NCBI RefSeq assembly: GCF_009914755.1
Contig: NC_060925.1
Length of the DNA: 64,000 bases
Source of the DNA: the human T2T-CHM13v2.0 reference genome, Homo sapiens
Reading direction: 5' to 3' (one strand)
This document shows, in pieces, positions 40,201 through 56,275 of the stretch (the first letter of the stretch is position 1; the number at the start of each line of letters is the position of its first letter). The notes beneath the pieces were generated by a model. It was given only the letters and a program-made list of their open reading frames with translations. It was not told where the DNA came from and ran no database searches. The position numbers were made by a program, and so were the translations under genes.

Positions 40201-43200
40201 GCACCTCCATAGAAAGGCATGGACAAACATGGGAGCTTGCAGGAAAGGAGGGGAAGGGGAGGCTGCAGCACAGGGGGCTCCCAGCATGGTCCTGGGCTCC
40301 TTGTGTGCATCAGTGAATGCACCAGGCCTTTGCAGAAACTTGATGTATTGGCACTGATCCATAGAGAAGGGAACAGAGGCCCAGGAAGGAAGGTCACACA
40401 GCTTATGAGTTGGTGATGGAGATGGGATTAGACCATTCCATTAGACTTTAAAACACATGGCTTATTGGGGCCCTAGAGAACACCTAGTAATTCAGGTTGC
40501 CTGGTGCCTACAGTAAGTCAGTAGGTTGTGAGAGGAAAGGTGTACATGACAGAATTATATTATTCATAATATCTGGGTGGTTTTTTTTTCTGCCTTCCAT
40601 GTACCAAAACCTGGGCTAAGCATTTTTATATATTACCTCATCAAAACGAACAGCACCTTTATCAAGCGATTACCCCTATTTTACAGATAAGGAAACTAAA
40701 TGTCAGAGAGTTCAATAATTTTCCCAAGATCACGAAGCCAATAAGTGATGGAGTCATGACTTAAATTCAGGTCTTTTGGTGACACAACCCAGACTAATTG
40801 GGAAAGAGCTTCATGGGTAAATCGTGAGTCATACTTAATTTCAATTCCTGGTGACATAATGAGGGTACAAATTTTCAATTTTTTTTTTCTTTTTTTTTTG
40901 CCATGGGCAAGTTCCAAGCCTGGGCTTCTCTTCCAACACTGTCCCTCCCTTCCCTGTATAGTTCTGCTCACTTGTCCTGTCTTCTTGCTCTGTCCTCTAT
41001 GCCCACATGTATAGAACTGGATCCCCAATCAAGGCTAACTGCTAGCCTTAAAGAAAGACCAATCTTCTGGCAGATAAGAAGGACTGTTAAGGAAGACGAG
41101 GGGACAGGAAAGCAAGGGGAATGTCAAAGAAATAAGGGGCCTGGCCAATATCTCAAGAACAGAAGCAGCTGTGGCCCTGGAAGGGCGAGGGGGACGTCAT
41201 TTCCTTTTCCAGATCCCTTTTTTCCTTTGAGGTTCAGTCCCAAATGGGTAAAGTTCAAATACTAGTCTTACTCAGAATTCCCTAGTCCTGCTTGCTCAAA
41301 AGGTGGATTTTCTGGCCTCACTCCAATCTTCAAAACATCTTTTTGTGGGGCTTGAGAGTCTGCCTTTTAAAATAGCACCCCAGAGAGTCTACACATTGAG
41401 GGCCTTGGCTTCTGTAATGCAGTTACATCCATGGGCTTTCGCTGTTGCTGCTGAGAGAACTTGGGGTGCCAGGAAGTCGGGGTTGGATGCCTTCCAGTTC
41501 CCTGCCCTAATCAGAGGCATTGACCTGGAGGCCCTGTGTAGGAGTCCCCATCTTTCGGAATTAGTGATGTGGTTAGAGTAGCAACGTGACTCTCTGTGGA
41601 CGGAAGAAGGTAGGTCGGATGTGAGAGTCTCCCTCCATGAACATGTGTGCGTCATCTGAGTCAAAGCTTGTATCTTTACTCTCAAAAACAAGTCATTTTT
41701 GTTCCTGTCAGCATCTTGGCCAGCCCACAACAAAGAGTACAAGCTGGATGCTTGTACTGTGCTGCGATAAAGAGGCCCAGACACAGGCCTCAGGTGATCC
41801 TACAGAGCATGGCTGGAGAGAACAGGAAAGGATTATTCCCCTGGGGGCTGATGGGGCTGCCTTCAGCAACACAAAAACATGCTTACAGAAAACTGCTGGA
41901 GGACATAGGAGTGATCTGCTTGCAATGAGGTTTTTCAACCACCAGGAATGGGGTGACCTAGTCCAGAGCCCTCTAATAAAGTGACTTTCAAACTGACTGC
42001 ACTTCAAAATAATCCTAAGCTTTAACAAATAGAGATGCCCAGGCTTCATCCCAGATGTACAAAATTCAACTCTCAGGGACAGGGTCTGGGACTCTGTGCA
42101 AAGCCCCCTGGGAATTCTGGAACAACTAATCTGGCATTGCTCTAGGAAATAGCACTTGGAAAGCACTCCAGCAAGGTGGGAGGGAAAATTATTCCAGCTT
42201 GAACACTACAATATCAAGTAATCCTTTCTCTCTTCGCCCTGTCTCTTCCCTTCCCTTTCTTGCTCTCTGTAACAGGCAGGAGGCTCAGAAGAGCTTCTTC
42301 TCTCACGCTTCTTGCAGGGCAGTACAGGGAAAGATGTAGCTGTGTAAATTCCAGGAGGGCTTCAGGTATATTTAAATATGGGTTGCTTGCCACATTCACC
42401 TGCCTATCAAGTTTGCAGATGACAACTGCAGAATGTGGCACCCAGGTCTTGAAAGTCATGAAGCAGAATTGGATAACATCTGTCCGAGTCATGACAAAGA
42501 GGGTTCCTGTGCTGGGAGTGGGGGCTAATGAACCTGGAGATCCTTTCCAACACAGACATTCCCTGATGCCAATGATAACCTTTTCAAATTGTTGTTTTCT
42601 TGATTTTTATCTGTTTCTGGCACCTCATTTGATTCCCTATATGACAATAACCCCCAGGTTGAGTGCACTGAAATAATTTAGGTAATGAGAAGCTGAAAGT
42701 TACTACAGATGGAAGGAATTAGGGTGTATAAAGTGTGCATTGTGTGAGTCATAGGCTGTGTCTTTAAGCAACAAGCTTTTATTGGTGTCAGCATCTTTCC
42801 AGGTACAATGCAAACCCAGTGAGAATGAGATTTGGGGTTTAAAAGTGTTTCTGACCAGAGATGCCTGAGGGAATGACCCAGGGATCAAACAGAGATGCAA
42901 GAGAGCAAGGCTTCAAGGAAACTCACCTCAGCCTGTTTCCTCAACTGCTTTCCGCACCTTTGTTTGCGGGTGGAAGAATAGAAAATGGGCTTGAATTTTT
43001 CAATCTAAAATTCTCTGTTCAAACCTGAAATTCTCTTACCTTATAGGAAGAGCAGCTGTATCTTTCAAGGATAGAATGGGTGCTAACTGCATGGGTGAAA
43101 TTATCTGAATCCCAGAGAAATGCTCTTTAGAAGAATCCACCAGACTCCTTCCTTTCTAAATCATACCCTTCTTTGAAGTTCCTTTCAATCCTTGGATCCT

Positions 43201-45129
43201 CTGTGGACACTGTTCTGATCATTCAAGCACTAAATGATCACCTGCTACCTGCTGTCTGCATACCTGGCTCTGCTTCTAGAGTACACACCTGTATCGGCAC
43301 AATTTATTTAGCTATTAGTCATGTATGTGTTTCTGATAGCTCTCAGTTAGCTGCCTGGGATGGTTATTTACCTTTTTGTGCTAGTTTTACCTTCTCAATG
43401 GGACTTTGAGCAAATTAAGAGTGAAAACACATCTGTACTGATCCGTTTACATGTCCAATAAATAGATTTTAGTGCCAACTTGTGCAGCCATTGCTCTAGG
43501 TCTTGATACAGATATATACCAGGTGGTAGAGGCTATAAAGACAAAGCAGGCTAAGGGGAGTTAAGTGATAGATTCAGGAAAATCATTGAGCTGAAAAATG
43601 AATAATAACCTCATTCACTTTTTTCTGTTTATCAAAGAATGCCATATGCTAGATGCTAAAACAATTTACATCTGTGTGACTAGAGCAAGCCATTATAAAA
43701 AGGAAACAATCCAAATGGAAGAAATATTTTATCAGGCTGGAAAACACAGTTATTGAATTAAACTCCAAAATGGAAGCCATAGCTTACAAATGGACACTGC
43801 AGAAAACTGAATTAATGAGTAAAAGGCAAACTGAAGATAAATTTCCTAGAACACAAAAGCAAAAGATAAAGAAATGAAAATGAAAGAATAGAGTAAACGT
43901 GAAATACAGATATCAAAGAGCTAACCTACACATAACAGGAGTTCCTAAAGATAATGAACAGATTCTTTTGGAGCAGAAGCCATATGTAGAAAATATAATG
44001 GCTTTAAGTAAAATCTTATTTTAAAAACTGAATGCGCTTACTGTATTCATCAGGAGTCTGGATCGTGTCAGGCTCAGTTCAAACCAGCTTAAACAAAAAA
44101 GGAATTTTGCTGGCTCACTTAATGAAGTCCAAGGGTTCACTAGGAATCCATCCCTGCTGCTCTTGCTTTTTTCTGGGTTGCCATCATTCTTGGGAGGGTT
44201 GTTCCTGTAGGGTGACATTCAGTATCTCCAGACTCACATTCTCCCAGTTTACCAATCCCAGTGGAAAAGAGAGTTCTAATACATGTACCATTAACCTTGG
44301 GTTAATCCTCGTTGATTTTGATTGGCTTGGCTTGGGTCATGTACTCACCCTTGAATCAATCTATGCAATTGAGAAGCGTTGTTGCCTTAATTTCACCGGC
44401 AGCACACACCCACTCCTGGGATGAGAGGATGGGTCAGCTTTACCTAGAGTCATATGGACTGCAAATAAGGGAAATATCATTTCCCAGAGGAAAATGGGGT
44501 TGCTACTTTCAGAAGAAAGGGGGATGAATGCTAGGTAGGCTAAATAACATCACATTGGCAGATAGAAAAGAGCTACTACTCTGAAATATATTCAGGTAGA
44601 ACTTTTACATCTAAAATACTACAAAAACTCAATAAATAAATAGGCAGGGAGAAAACAAGTCAAGCATTTTTCAGATTTATTTTCCATAACTCTAAATGTG
44701 AGAAGACAATGAAACAAAGTATTTTAATCTGTGAAGGAAAGAAGTTGTGTGACCTGAGAATTCTATGCCTAGGTAAATTGTCACTCATAACGTATGCACT
44801 CGGAAAATACAATTCCCGGAACTCTCCCTGAGCAAGCCAGTAAAAAATGTATCACAATAAGGATAAATTAGAGTTGGTACAAATTATCACCCAGTCCTAT
44901 CATTCTACCTCTGAAATATATTACGATTTGGTCCCCTTTCCACTATCAATCTGGTATCGTGTTAGTCCAAGTCAATATCATATTTTATCCGGACCACTGT
45001 CACAGCCTATTAAGTTGCCTGTCTCTTCCACTCTCAACCCTTCTAAGCCATTTTGTACATGTCATCCAATGGTCTAGTAAACCAGATCATGTCACTTCCT
45101 TGCTTAAAATAATTTTAAAGCTTCTTATG

Positions 45130-45503
45130 GGTATTAGTTCGTTCTCCCACTGCTATAAAAACATACCCAAGACTGGGTAATTTATAAAGGAAAGAGGTTT
45201 AATGGACTCACAGTCCTGCAGGGCTGGGGAGGCCTCAGGAAACTTACAATCATGGCATAAGTGGAAGCAAACATGTCCTTCTTCATATGGTGGCAGGAAG
45301 AAGTGCTGAGCAAAGAGGGAAAAGCCCCTTACAAAACCAGCAGATCTCATGAGAACTCACCCACTATTACGAGAACAGCAGCATGGGGGTAACTGCTCCC
45401 ATAATTGAATTACCTCCCACCAGGTCCCTCCCATGACATGTGGGAATTATGGGAACTACAATTCAAGATGAGATTTGGGTGGAGATACAGCCAAACCATA
45501 TCC
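45130..45503. mobile_element. THE1 MaLR solo LTR
   Basis: gactgggtaatttataaaggaaagaggtttaat ... cagccaaaccatatc; TSD-like tatgg. Confidence 0.9.
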
Positions 45504-46260
45504 TATGGCATGTAGAGTCAACTCAAGTTCCTTACTATGACCTTCAAGACCTTGCCTGATTCCACCTCTGCAGTTATTCCCAGCCCAGCCACACTATCCT
45601 CTACTCACCATGCTATAGTCATATAGCCACTGATCAGTTCTTGCTGTGCACATGCTAAGCTCCTTCTTCTCTCAGGGCCTTCACTCATGCTGTTCCCTCA
45701 ACCTGGAACTCTCTCCCCTCAACCCTTTCTTTTCCTGGCTCCTTCTTTCTCATTACATCTCAGCTTACTTATATCACCTCTTCAGATGTTCTCTGGTCTC
45801 AAAATCTGAAAATAAGTTTCCTTTGTTTTTTTGGCACCCTTATTTCAGACCACTAATCACAAATTGTAGCTATATATTTATGTGTTTAGTTGTGTTACAT
45901 TTGTCTTCTCTTAGAGTATGAACCCCACAAAAGCAGGGACCATGTTTATTTTATTTGTCACTGAATTCCCAGGTCTTAGCACTGTGTATGACAAAGAAAT
46001 GGTGTGCAATTTATATTTGTAGGAGGAAGGCAAAAAGAAACATTGAAATGGTGTAACTATATATAGAAGCAAATATATAGAAAGAAGTTATGGGAATTGA
46101 TTTAACTATAATTTCTAAGGTGATGGTAAACTTTTTTTCTATTAAAGAGATGAACTATGATGTTAAAAAATGGAGCAGAAAGCATATTTAAAACAGTAAA
46201 TAAACACATTCATTATATAGTGCTTTTGGTTCCTAATTTGGTGCCATAAAAATTGATATA

Positions 46261-46585
46261 GGCCAGGTGTGGCAGCTCATGCCTGTAATCCCAACACTTT
46301 GGGAGGCTGAGGCAGGCAGATCACTTGAGGCCAGGAGTTCAAGACCAGCCTGGCCAACATGGCGAAACCCTGTCTCTACTAAAAATACAAAAATTAGCCA
46401 GGTGTGGTGATATATGCCTGTAATCCCAGCTACTCTGGTGGCTGAGGCACGAAAATCACTTGAACCCTGAAGGCGGAGTTGCGGTGAGCCAAGATTGCAC
46501 TACTGCACTCCAGCCTGAGAAACAGAGCGAGACTCCATCTAAACAAAAATAAACAACAACAAAAAACAAACCATACCAAACAAAA
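46261..46585 (+). mobile_element. AluS
   Basis: Full Alu with degenerate A/C tail. Confidence 0.93.
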
Positions 46586-46705
46586 GATATTGACTGATGT
46601 GATGTGAAGCTCTGAGAGTAGAATTAACCGTGCATGTAGAGTGACTGTGGCCTTGAAGGAAGGATAGAATTCAGAAAATTAGGGAGAGGTATGAAGGGAA
46701 TTGTG

Positions 46706-46737
<32 letters not shown>

Positions 46738-48914
46738 CCCATGTGCACGCATGGTGGGGTGAGGTAGGAAAAAACTAGGTGAGCAGAGATCTGGCACTGA
46801 GACAGAGTAAATGGAGTGAGGTGGGAGGGTGAGGAGCCCCTAAGACTTCCAGGTACAAGAAAACTCGCGGTAGGTTAAACTCACAGAGGGTAGTGTAGAA
46901 AGTGTTGCCATGAGGACAAAGCATCCACCTTAGAGGGGCTTGTTGCTATGTATGTGTGCCTGCAGTTGACACAAGTCTTAGCAGGAGTCCTAAGAAAAGG
47001 CTCCCAGCCCATTTGGTCTGTGGACAATAAGGACCCCTTGTGGTGCAACAAAGAAGGTGAGAGACAGATGTAGTGAAGAGGCTGCAGGGGCTAGAGATGC
47101 TGGCCAGGAAAGGACAGCCTGGGTGGGACATCATGAGTGAAGAGGGTGCATGAGGATTCTGTATGACAGAGAAGGAAGGCAGAAGGTTCTGGAAACAAAC
47201 TTGTACTACTCCCCATGAACTCAAAAGCAGGTCTTGTTTAGGGAGAGAGAGCAAAGCTGCTCTCTGTTCTTGGCAAACAGTCTTTGTATATGTTGATCAT
47301 GATGTCCCTCAAAGCAGCCCCCATGGGTGTTGCCCCCACTGCTTCACCTAGGAGCTGTGAAGAGTGGTAGATACAGCATTCCTAGGCAGCAGACCTGGGC
47401 TGGAATACCTGTCTCTGCTATTTGCTATCTGTGTAAACCCAAGCTGGTTCATTATCTTAAGACTGCTCTCATCTGAAAGGAAGGGATAATAATGCATGAT
47501 TTCCACATACCTATGTGAGATCTCCACATGTGATAGGCTTTTTAGTCTGTACTGTTAGTTGTACTTGGTGTGGGGTGGGTGGGCATGAACTTCAGAAGAT
47601 GCTGTCTGTGGGCCTGACCTCCACTGGCTTTTCCTGCAGGTCTTCACTTTAGCTCAGCTTCAAGGGAAGACTCTGTTGGCCAACTGGGTAGAATATTTCT
47701 CTGCCCAGCCCACAGTTCTGGTAGGGACTTCAAAAGATGATTTTATACTGCACCATTGTAGACTGAAAAAGTACCATACCAACCTCTGGGCATCTAACTA
47801 GTTTTAGGAAAACCACCAGAAAAGGTGAATCTGCCCTCTTGATCTACTGTAAGTAGCATGTAAAGTATAAGGCGGGTTGTGCAATTGGCACTAGATGGCA
47901 CTGTAGCAGCCTGGGTGCATTAGATGAGACCTGCTTCAAACAAGAAATATAGTAGCTGGGAGGTGGGGTTGGGCCCAGGATAATGATAAGGACAAATTTC
48001 CATTAAATGACTTGCAAGATACTGTCCTTCATTTATAATGAGTCTGACAGGAACTTCCCCAGATTCATCAGTAGATTGCATGTTGCAGCTCAGCAATCAC
48101 CACCAGGTGTGGAATCAACCATCCCAACCACGTTTGTGAAAAACCTTATAACAACTTCACTTGGGGCAGTTTCCTTCAAGGGAATGAATTCTCCTTCTCA
48201 AGACCCATCCCAACCTCTCTTTATTGCCACTTGCCTCACCATTAGGGTCGGATCTCACCCTTCTTTGGGGGTTGGAGGGCATGGACAAAGTCCGACTCAG
48301 AATAGTTTATACACTAAAAGAAGTGCAAGACTTTACTAATAAATACTGGCAGAATCTTGGGAAATATGTGTGAGAATAGATTCTAAGGGTGTTAGACCAA
48401 GGAGGATAGACTATAGCACTGGATTGGATTGAATTTATTGGGGGTATTTATGAGACATTCTGGGTTTAGTGAGCTAGCTCTTGTAACTGGAAGTGGCTCT
48501 AAAATTTCTTGGTTGGCTGACTAAACCTTGGACTCAATGGTGGCATATGTTCAATAAGGCTGGAATGCCAGAACTTCCCTGACACAATGTAGAGGAAGGC
48601 ATCCAAGACTTAAGGAGGAAGGAATGATGGAGTGACTTTATCACATGAAATCTCTACATCTACCAGCCTCACATCCATCCCCCAGAATGCCTAGAGGACA
48701 ATCCTTTCATAAAGACATTAAGAAACACATTGACGAAGGTAGCACTTGCATCTCTGAAAAGCTCTGTGGTGGCTGTCTTCTATAAGCCAGGTATGATGGT
48801 GAAAGACACCTCCATTGAGTTGAATCTCTGATTTTAATAGAAATGATGAGACTCCCATATAGCAGAGGCCAAATGCTATAATTTAACCATTAGAGACAAG
48901 GGGACTGCAAATAC

Positions 48915-49325
48915 TGACATAGTTTGGATGCCTGTCCCCTCCAAATCTCATGCTGAAATGTGATCCCCAATGCTGGAGTTGGAGGTGGGGCCTACTGGGA
49001 AGTGTTTGGGTCAGGGGGACAGATCCTTCATGAATGGCTTGGTGCCCTCCTCAGAGTAACGAGTGAGTTCTCACTCTATTTGTTCACCTGAGAGCTAGTT
49101 GTTTAAAAGAGCATGGCATCTCTCTTGCTTCCTATCTCACCATGTAACATGCCCCCTTTGCTTTCCACCATGATTGGATTCTTCCTGGATCCCTCACCAG
49201 AAGCAGATGCCAGTGCAATGCTTCTTGCACAGTCTGCAGAACTGCGAGCCAAAATAAACCTCTTTTCTTTATAAAGTATCCAGCCTCAGGTATTCCTGTA
49301 TAGAAATGCAAAATAGACTAAGATA
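48915..49325. mobile_element. MST MaLR solo LTR
   Basis: 5-bp TSD AATAC (48910-48914, 49326-49330); MST body. Confidence 0.88.
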
Positions 49326-49460
49326 AATACCATAAAAAACAGAAAGGGCATAGTGATAATCAAACTGTTTTGAAACCTAGAGATTTTTAGTGAGGCGAAT
49401 TGATCATGGTGCATCTAGGAATGAAAAAGATGGCCAGCTACTAAAATGTCATCTGAACTA

Positions 49461-49739
<279 letters not shown>

Positions 49740-51915
49740 TTAGAATCTCTTGATTGAAGGTGGACAAATGACGCATCCTGTGGATTTCAGTTAATATCTT
49801 TCTCCAGCTATTCTTGTGCTTGCTCAATGGCCCTGAGCATAAAGTGGCCATAATGTCAGGGATGAGGACTATGCATGGATTTAACAACATGGACTTACCC
49901 TAGTCAAGGCTTTTTTGAATACCAACACTGCTGAATTCCTAGCTTGCCAACTAAAGTAAGCCTCTGTTATGGTACAACTCCCTAAAAGTCCCAGCCAGCC
50001 CCCAGGGGCAGATTGATTACAGTGCAACCCTTCCATCATGGAGGGAAGGAAAAATGTTTCCTTAGTGCAGGAGATATGAATTCTGAGTGCAGATTTGCTT
50101 TCCTGTCCAAAAATCTTCTGGCAGCTGTGACTACAAAATATGGTGTACTGCATACAACATTTCTTCTGATCAAGAAAGTAATTTCAAAAGAACTGCAGCA
50201 ATGGGTTTATGCCCATGGAATTAACTGGTACAACCACATATGCTAATCCCCAGAAGCAGATGGCTTAATAGAAAGATTTGATGGTCTACTGAAGATTCAG
50301 TTATGGTACCAGTTGGGAGATTACAGTCTGAAGGGATGGGGTTCTACATTACAGGATGTAGATTATACTTTGAATCACAGAACCAACTATATGGTTCCAT
50401 ATTTCCTGTAGCCAGACTACACAGGTCTGCGAATCAGGGGTGGAAGAGGGACTAGCTCTTCACACTCTCACATCTCATAGCCTACTCACAGAATTTTTGC
50501 TTTTCATCCCTGTGCCTTTGAACTCTGTTGGTTTGGAGTCTTGGTTCCTAAGGAACAAATGTCTCTACCAGGAAATACATCAATGTCCCATTGGTTTGGA
50601 AGATGAGACTACCATTTGGCCATTTGGGGATCCTCATGATGCCAAACCAACAGGCTAAGAAGAAGGTTACTCTATGACTGGGGCGACTGATTACCAAAGT
50701 GAAATTGGATTGCTGCCACTCCATGGGCCCAAAGAGGACAATATCTGGAACCCAGTGGGATTTTCTGGGGTGCCTTTTAGGATTTTCATGTCCAATAGTA
50801 AAAGTTAATGGAAGATGACCACTTCCCCAGCCCCTGGCTAAAGGCATAACCACTGATGATTCAGACCCTTCAGGCCAGATGGATTACCCCACCACATAAA
50901 AAACCCCAACCGTGTGAGGTGCTGGATGAAGGCAAAGGAAACATAAAATAGGCAGTGGAAGAAGGAAGTTATAAATATAATTATGGCCTCATGACTAGTT
51001 AGTTGCTTACTGTGTGTATTTGTATATATTAATTATTTTATTCTTTCTTCTTATTCATATCATTTTATACAGGTTTTGTTGGAAGTTAACTTTGCAATTT
51101 GGTTTTTAGAAAACATATTCAGATGGGACTGTGACTGAATTTGAGAAGTAATTCAAACGGATACAATGACTTGAGACTTTATAATCCTGAATTTGGGGAG
51201 AAGGTGATGCTCGCCTGTTTTATATGCTGAATAGTTGCATTTTGTTGGGAGGAAATGAATTGTTTTGTGGTTGTATAAAAGTTCAAATTTTTGTGGAGCA
51301 GTGTAATGGATGCTAAATAGCCAAAGGGGTGGACTGTATCAGTTATTGCCTCTCAGTTCTAAACCCAACCTTCTATAGTCTGCTTTGTGATCCTAGAGAC
51401 CGGACCCTAAAAACCACATTTCTGCATTGCCAGTTGGCTCTGCCAATAGGGGCACTAGCTGGAGACTTCAAAGCTGGAGGCAGAAAAAGGGGTTTTCTCC
51501 TTCCTATATGCTTCCTGAGGGTTTCCCGTCTGCTTGTGGTTCCTGTGAGTGTTACCCCAGAGAAGCTCCTTCATCATAACTTTTTTTTTCCCTTGTAGCA
51601 GCAGCTAAATCTAGTTTTCAGTTTTTCTGACTTGCAGAATCAGCTTCAGCATGTGTCCCTTGGGGACACCAGCAATAGCCAGCCAGTGTCTCTTCTGCAG
51701 AGATTTGGATCCTAATACCCTGGATCCCTCCCTGTGAACTAAGACAACAAGCACTGGCCAAGCAATGCCTCTTACAGATCTGAGTTTCAGTTCCTTGGGG
51801 CTTCTCTACTGTTTCTAATTTTTAATAATTTTAACCTTTTCTCTTTGCCTCTTGGCTCTCAGCAGTTGCAACCTTTATGATATTTTAGAGTTCTCTTTTA
51901 ACTTTTTTTAGTTAC

Positions 51916-52302
51916 TGTGGTTGTTAGTTTTATATATCAGTTTGGCTTGGCTGTAGTACCTAGTTATTTAATTAAGCACTAATCAGGTATTGTTGTGAAG
52001 GTATGTTGCAGAGCTACACTAAATTGACTTTAAGTAAAGGAGATGGCCCTCAATAGGGTGGGCGGGCCTCATTCAATCAGTTGAATGACCTGAAGAGCAA
52101 AAACTGAGGTTTCCTGGAGGAAGAAGAAATTCTCAAGACTGCAAATTAGCTCTTGCGTGACAGTTTCCAGCCTGCCAATCTGCCCTACAGGTTTCAGGCT
52201 TGCTAGCCCCCATGGTTGTATCAGTTAATTTCTTGAAATAAATCTTTTTATATATAGTAAGAGATGCTGGTTCTGTTTTTCTGAAGATCCCTGGCTGATA
52301 TA
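51916..52302. mobile_element. MLT2 LTR nested in the ERVL LTR
   Basis: TSD gttac/gttat; ttgactttaagtaaaggagat...ggcctcattcaatcagttgaa. Confidence 0.8.
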
Positions 52303-52620
52303 GTTATCTAGTTAGTATCTTTGTACCTATTTGCATATATTTAAAAAACTGTTGTGGTTTCCATCTCCTGATTGAACTCTAACTGATTCAAGCAATGCAC
52401 AATTGGAAGTTTTCAATAAAGACTCCTATACTAAGTGTAAGTTTGAACGGCAATTATGAGCACAGATTGCAGCCAGTAAATATTAATAGAACATTGCTTA
52501 GGCAGAGAATATGCCAAACCCAAGTATGTAGCTTAGAAGAGCAGCAAGAGAAAATGGTTAACACATAGAGCAGGTAAACAGCATTCTGCAGAGGATAATG
52601 GAGGGAATCAGAATGCTTTG

Positions 52621-52940
<320 letters not shown>

Positions 52941-53124
52941 TCACTTTGAACATATGCAGAGTGGAAGCACGACTACTTTCTATGAATAGCAATGTGAGTC
53001 CTACTAGGACAGGACTGTGTCAATGCAGAAGAAAAAGCAAATGGAACCCCTTGGGTCAAATAGAAGATTAGAAGTTAGAAAAGAGGAAACAACCCTGGAT
53101 CACAGCAGAAGTTACTTACTTGAG

Positions 53125-53610
53125 ACAGTTCTGTGTCACTAATCATCTGAAACCTTAGAGACCTAAAACAACAACAATCATTTATTTTGCTCACAAATAT
53201 ACAATCTGGGCAGGGCTCAGTACAGATAGGTCATTTCTGTTCCATATAATTTTAGCTGAAACAGCTCAATGAGGACTGCCAGATCCACTTTCAAGATATC
53301 TCATTCATATGGCTGAGGCTGGCTCTCTGGGAGCTCTGCCAGAGCAGTGGGCTGTGAACCTCCTTCCCATGTGAGTCTATCTCCAGGATGTTTGGGATCA
53401 TTTATGGCTGGGTTCCAAGAACAAACAGCCTGAGAGAGAAAATGAGAAACTGATGGAGTCTTAATGTCTGGACCAAAAAAACTTGGTTCTGCTGCATTCT
53501 ATCAGTTAAGTGGTCACAGTACCCAGATTCGAGGGCAGGAGATATAGATGTCATGTCTCAGTGGGAAGAATGTCAAATAATTTTGGTACCATGTTTTAAG
53601 ATGGCCACAG
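53125..53610. mobile_element. MLT1 MaLR LTR
   Basis: ttttgctcacaa...tctgggcagggctcag...agatccactttcaagat motifs. Confidence 0.65.
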
Positions 53611-54036
53611 AGGAAATAATTAGAACAGGCAGCCAAAATTTTACTCTTGAGAATTCCTAATAGGCCAAGTTAACTGCTAAATAAAGTGTATGTAGTTCTC
53701 TTTGGATTGGGTGGATTTAGTCACACAAGTCCTTTTAAAATCCTGAGTTAAAAATATTCCTTTTTTTACTATTATTTATGACTCAGTTAGGTCAATCCTA
53801 CCTGATTATCCACCACGATTTTGGAGATTAACATCAGCAAAATAGGAGTAGCATAATCCTATATGAAACGTAGTCTTGGTAAGAAAATGACACCAAGCAA
53901 GTCATAACCAGACATATCTTAAAAGCAACTATATAAAAGAGACATCCATGGGAGAGGAAGAAAGATAAAAATGATAGCAAATTTCTCATTGGAAGTAATG
54001 CAAATAAGAAGATGGCAAAGCAGTATCTTTAAAGTA

Positions 54037-54235
54037 CAGTAAGTCCTCACTTAACATTGTAGATAGGTTCTTGAAAATGGCAACTTTTAGCAAAATGATG
54101 TACAGCAGGCCCTCGAATAACATTGTTTCCTTCGACATTTTTTCATTACAATGTTGATGAGAAAAAAATGCTTTTATTATACGTTGTTTTGTTTAAAGTT
54201 TCCAAGAACCTACTGATGACATTGAGGACCTACTG
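54037..54235. mobile_element. TcMar-Tigger MITE
   Basis: TIRs cagtaagtcctca / tgaggacctactg flanked by TA. Confidence 0.75.
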
Positions 54236-55073
54236 TACTGAAAACAAAACAAAACAAAACAAAACAAAAAAACCTGCCAGCCTAAAATTCTGTATCCAGT
54301 GAAATTATCTCTGAAAAATAAAGATGAAATAAAGGCTTTTCAGGCATATAAAAGTTGAAAAAATGCATTGCCAGCAGACCTGCACTAATGTCCTTTAGGC
54401 AGGAAGAAAATGATATCAGATGGAATTCTGAATATATGCAAAGAAATAAAGGGCACTGGAAATGGTACTACATGCGTAAATGTATAAGATTTTAAGAATA
54501 TCTTTAAAAGATAATTATTTTTAAAAAATAATGTACTTTGGAATTTATAAAATAGGTATAGGTAAAATGTATGAAAATAATAGCATAAAAGCTGGGAGTG
54601 AAGAAACGGAAGTACACTATCATAAGGCTCTTATACCTTACATGAAATATATAGTATGATTTGAAGGCAGACTGTGGTGAGTTAAAAGCATATGGTACAT
54701 ATGAAACCCTAAAGCAGCCACTGCCACTAATATAATAAAACAAAGTTATATACAATAAGTCAACAAAGGAGATAAAATGGAATAATGAAAATACTTAATG
54801 AAATCAAAAGAAGGCAGAAAAAGGGGCAAAGGTATTTAAAAAAAGATGGTACAAATAGAAAACAAATAGCAAGAGGATAGCCCCAAACCTAGCCATATCA
54901 ATAATCACATTAAATACAAATGGCCTAAATATGACCATTAAAAAGGAGACATAATCAGACTGAATTTTTAAAGAAAATACGTGAGAACAAACTATATGAG
55001 AGACATACTTTAAAAACACAAATAGGTTAACAGTGAAAGAATGCAGAAAATGGAGAAAGATATACTATGCTAA

Positions 55074-55700
55074 TGAACTGTCCCTCAGTGAGTTAAAGAA
55101 ACCAATGACTAAATTTTTGGGCTTATAAGATAGCAGATAAGAAAAGAAACAACTTGCTGAAAAGCTGAAACTGAAACTGTGCACCAAAGAGTAAGAAACC
55201 AGTAACTAACAGAAACTCTTGAGCTGGCAGGATATCAGATAAGAAGCAACTTGCTGAAACGCTGAAACTCCCTTGGCTTCTGATATCAAGAAAAAAAAAC
55301 TGGCTGAAATCAGTTGGAACCAAGATGGCCTACTGGAGTTTGCACAGAATGAGCTTGCTGACATCACAGCCTAAATTTCCACCATATGTTTCATACTAAC
55401 TCCCCCTGATTTGCACATGAGACCTGTGATCTAGCATGAAGAGATAACTGCGCATGCCTAAGGACTTTCCAGACCTCCCTTTCCTTCCACCAATCACCTA
55501 CTGATCTCAGAATCTACCCCCTGAACTTTTCCTAAAATAAATATTGTCTTGAAGCCAGCACAGGGAGACAGATTTGAGCTTGACACTCTTATTTTCTTGT
55601 GAGTCAACTTGCAATATAAAGCTTTTCTTTTCTCAAAAACTCAATGTCATTATATTGGCTTCTAGCACATCCAGCAGCAAGACACTTTTGTGCAGTAACA
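55074..55700 (+). mobile_element. Solo ERV1 LTR (LTR26-like)
   Basis: TG...CA, 4-bp TSD CTAA, internal repeat of caacttgctgaaa. Confidence 0.78.
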
Positions 55701-55916
55701 CTAATAATGGTCAAAAGAAAGCTGGCTATCTACATATGTCTACCTATTTATCTAGAGGCATAAATCTCATCTATATCTCTATCACACATATTTCAGAGAG
55801 GCATATTACCAGGGATAAAGAAGGTCATTTCATAATGATAAAGAGGTAAATTTATCAAGAGGACATAACAGTCTTAAGTGTTTATGCACCTAATAACAGA
55901 GCTTTAAAGTAGATAA

Positions 55917-56275
<359 letters not shown>

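Noticed and set aside
49790-50800. Possible domesticated ERVL integrase
   Set aside because: Many stops, frameshifts and deletions; no continuous ORF.
51441-51458. CTCF-like motif in the ERVL LTR (GCCAATAGGGGCACTA)
   Set aside because: One G short in the core, breaking motif spacing.
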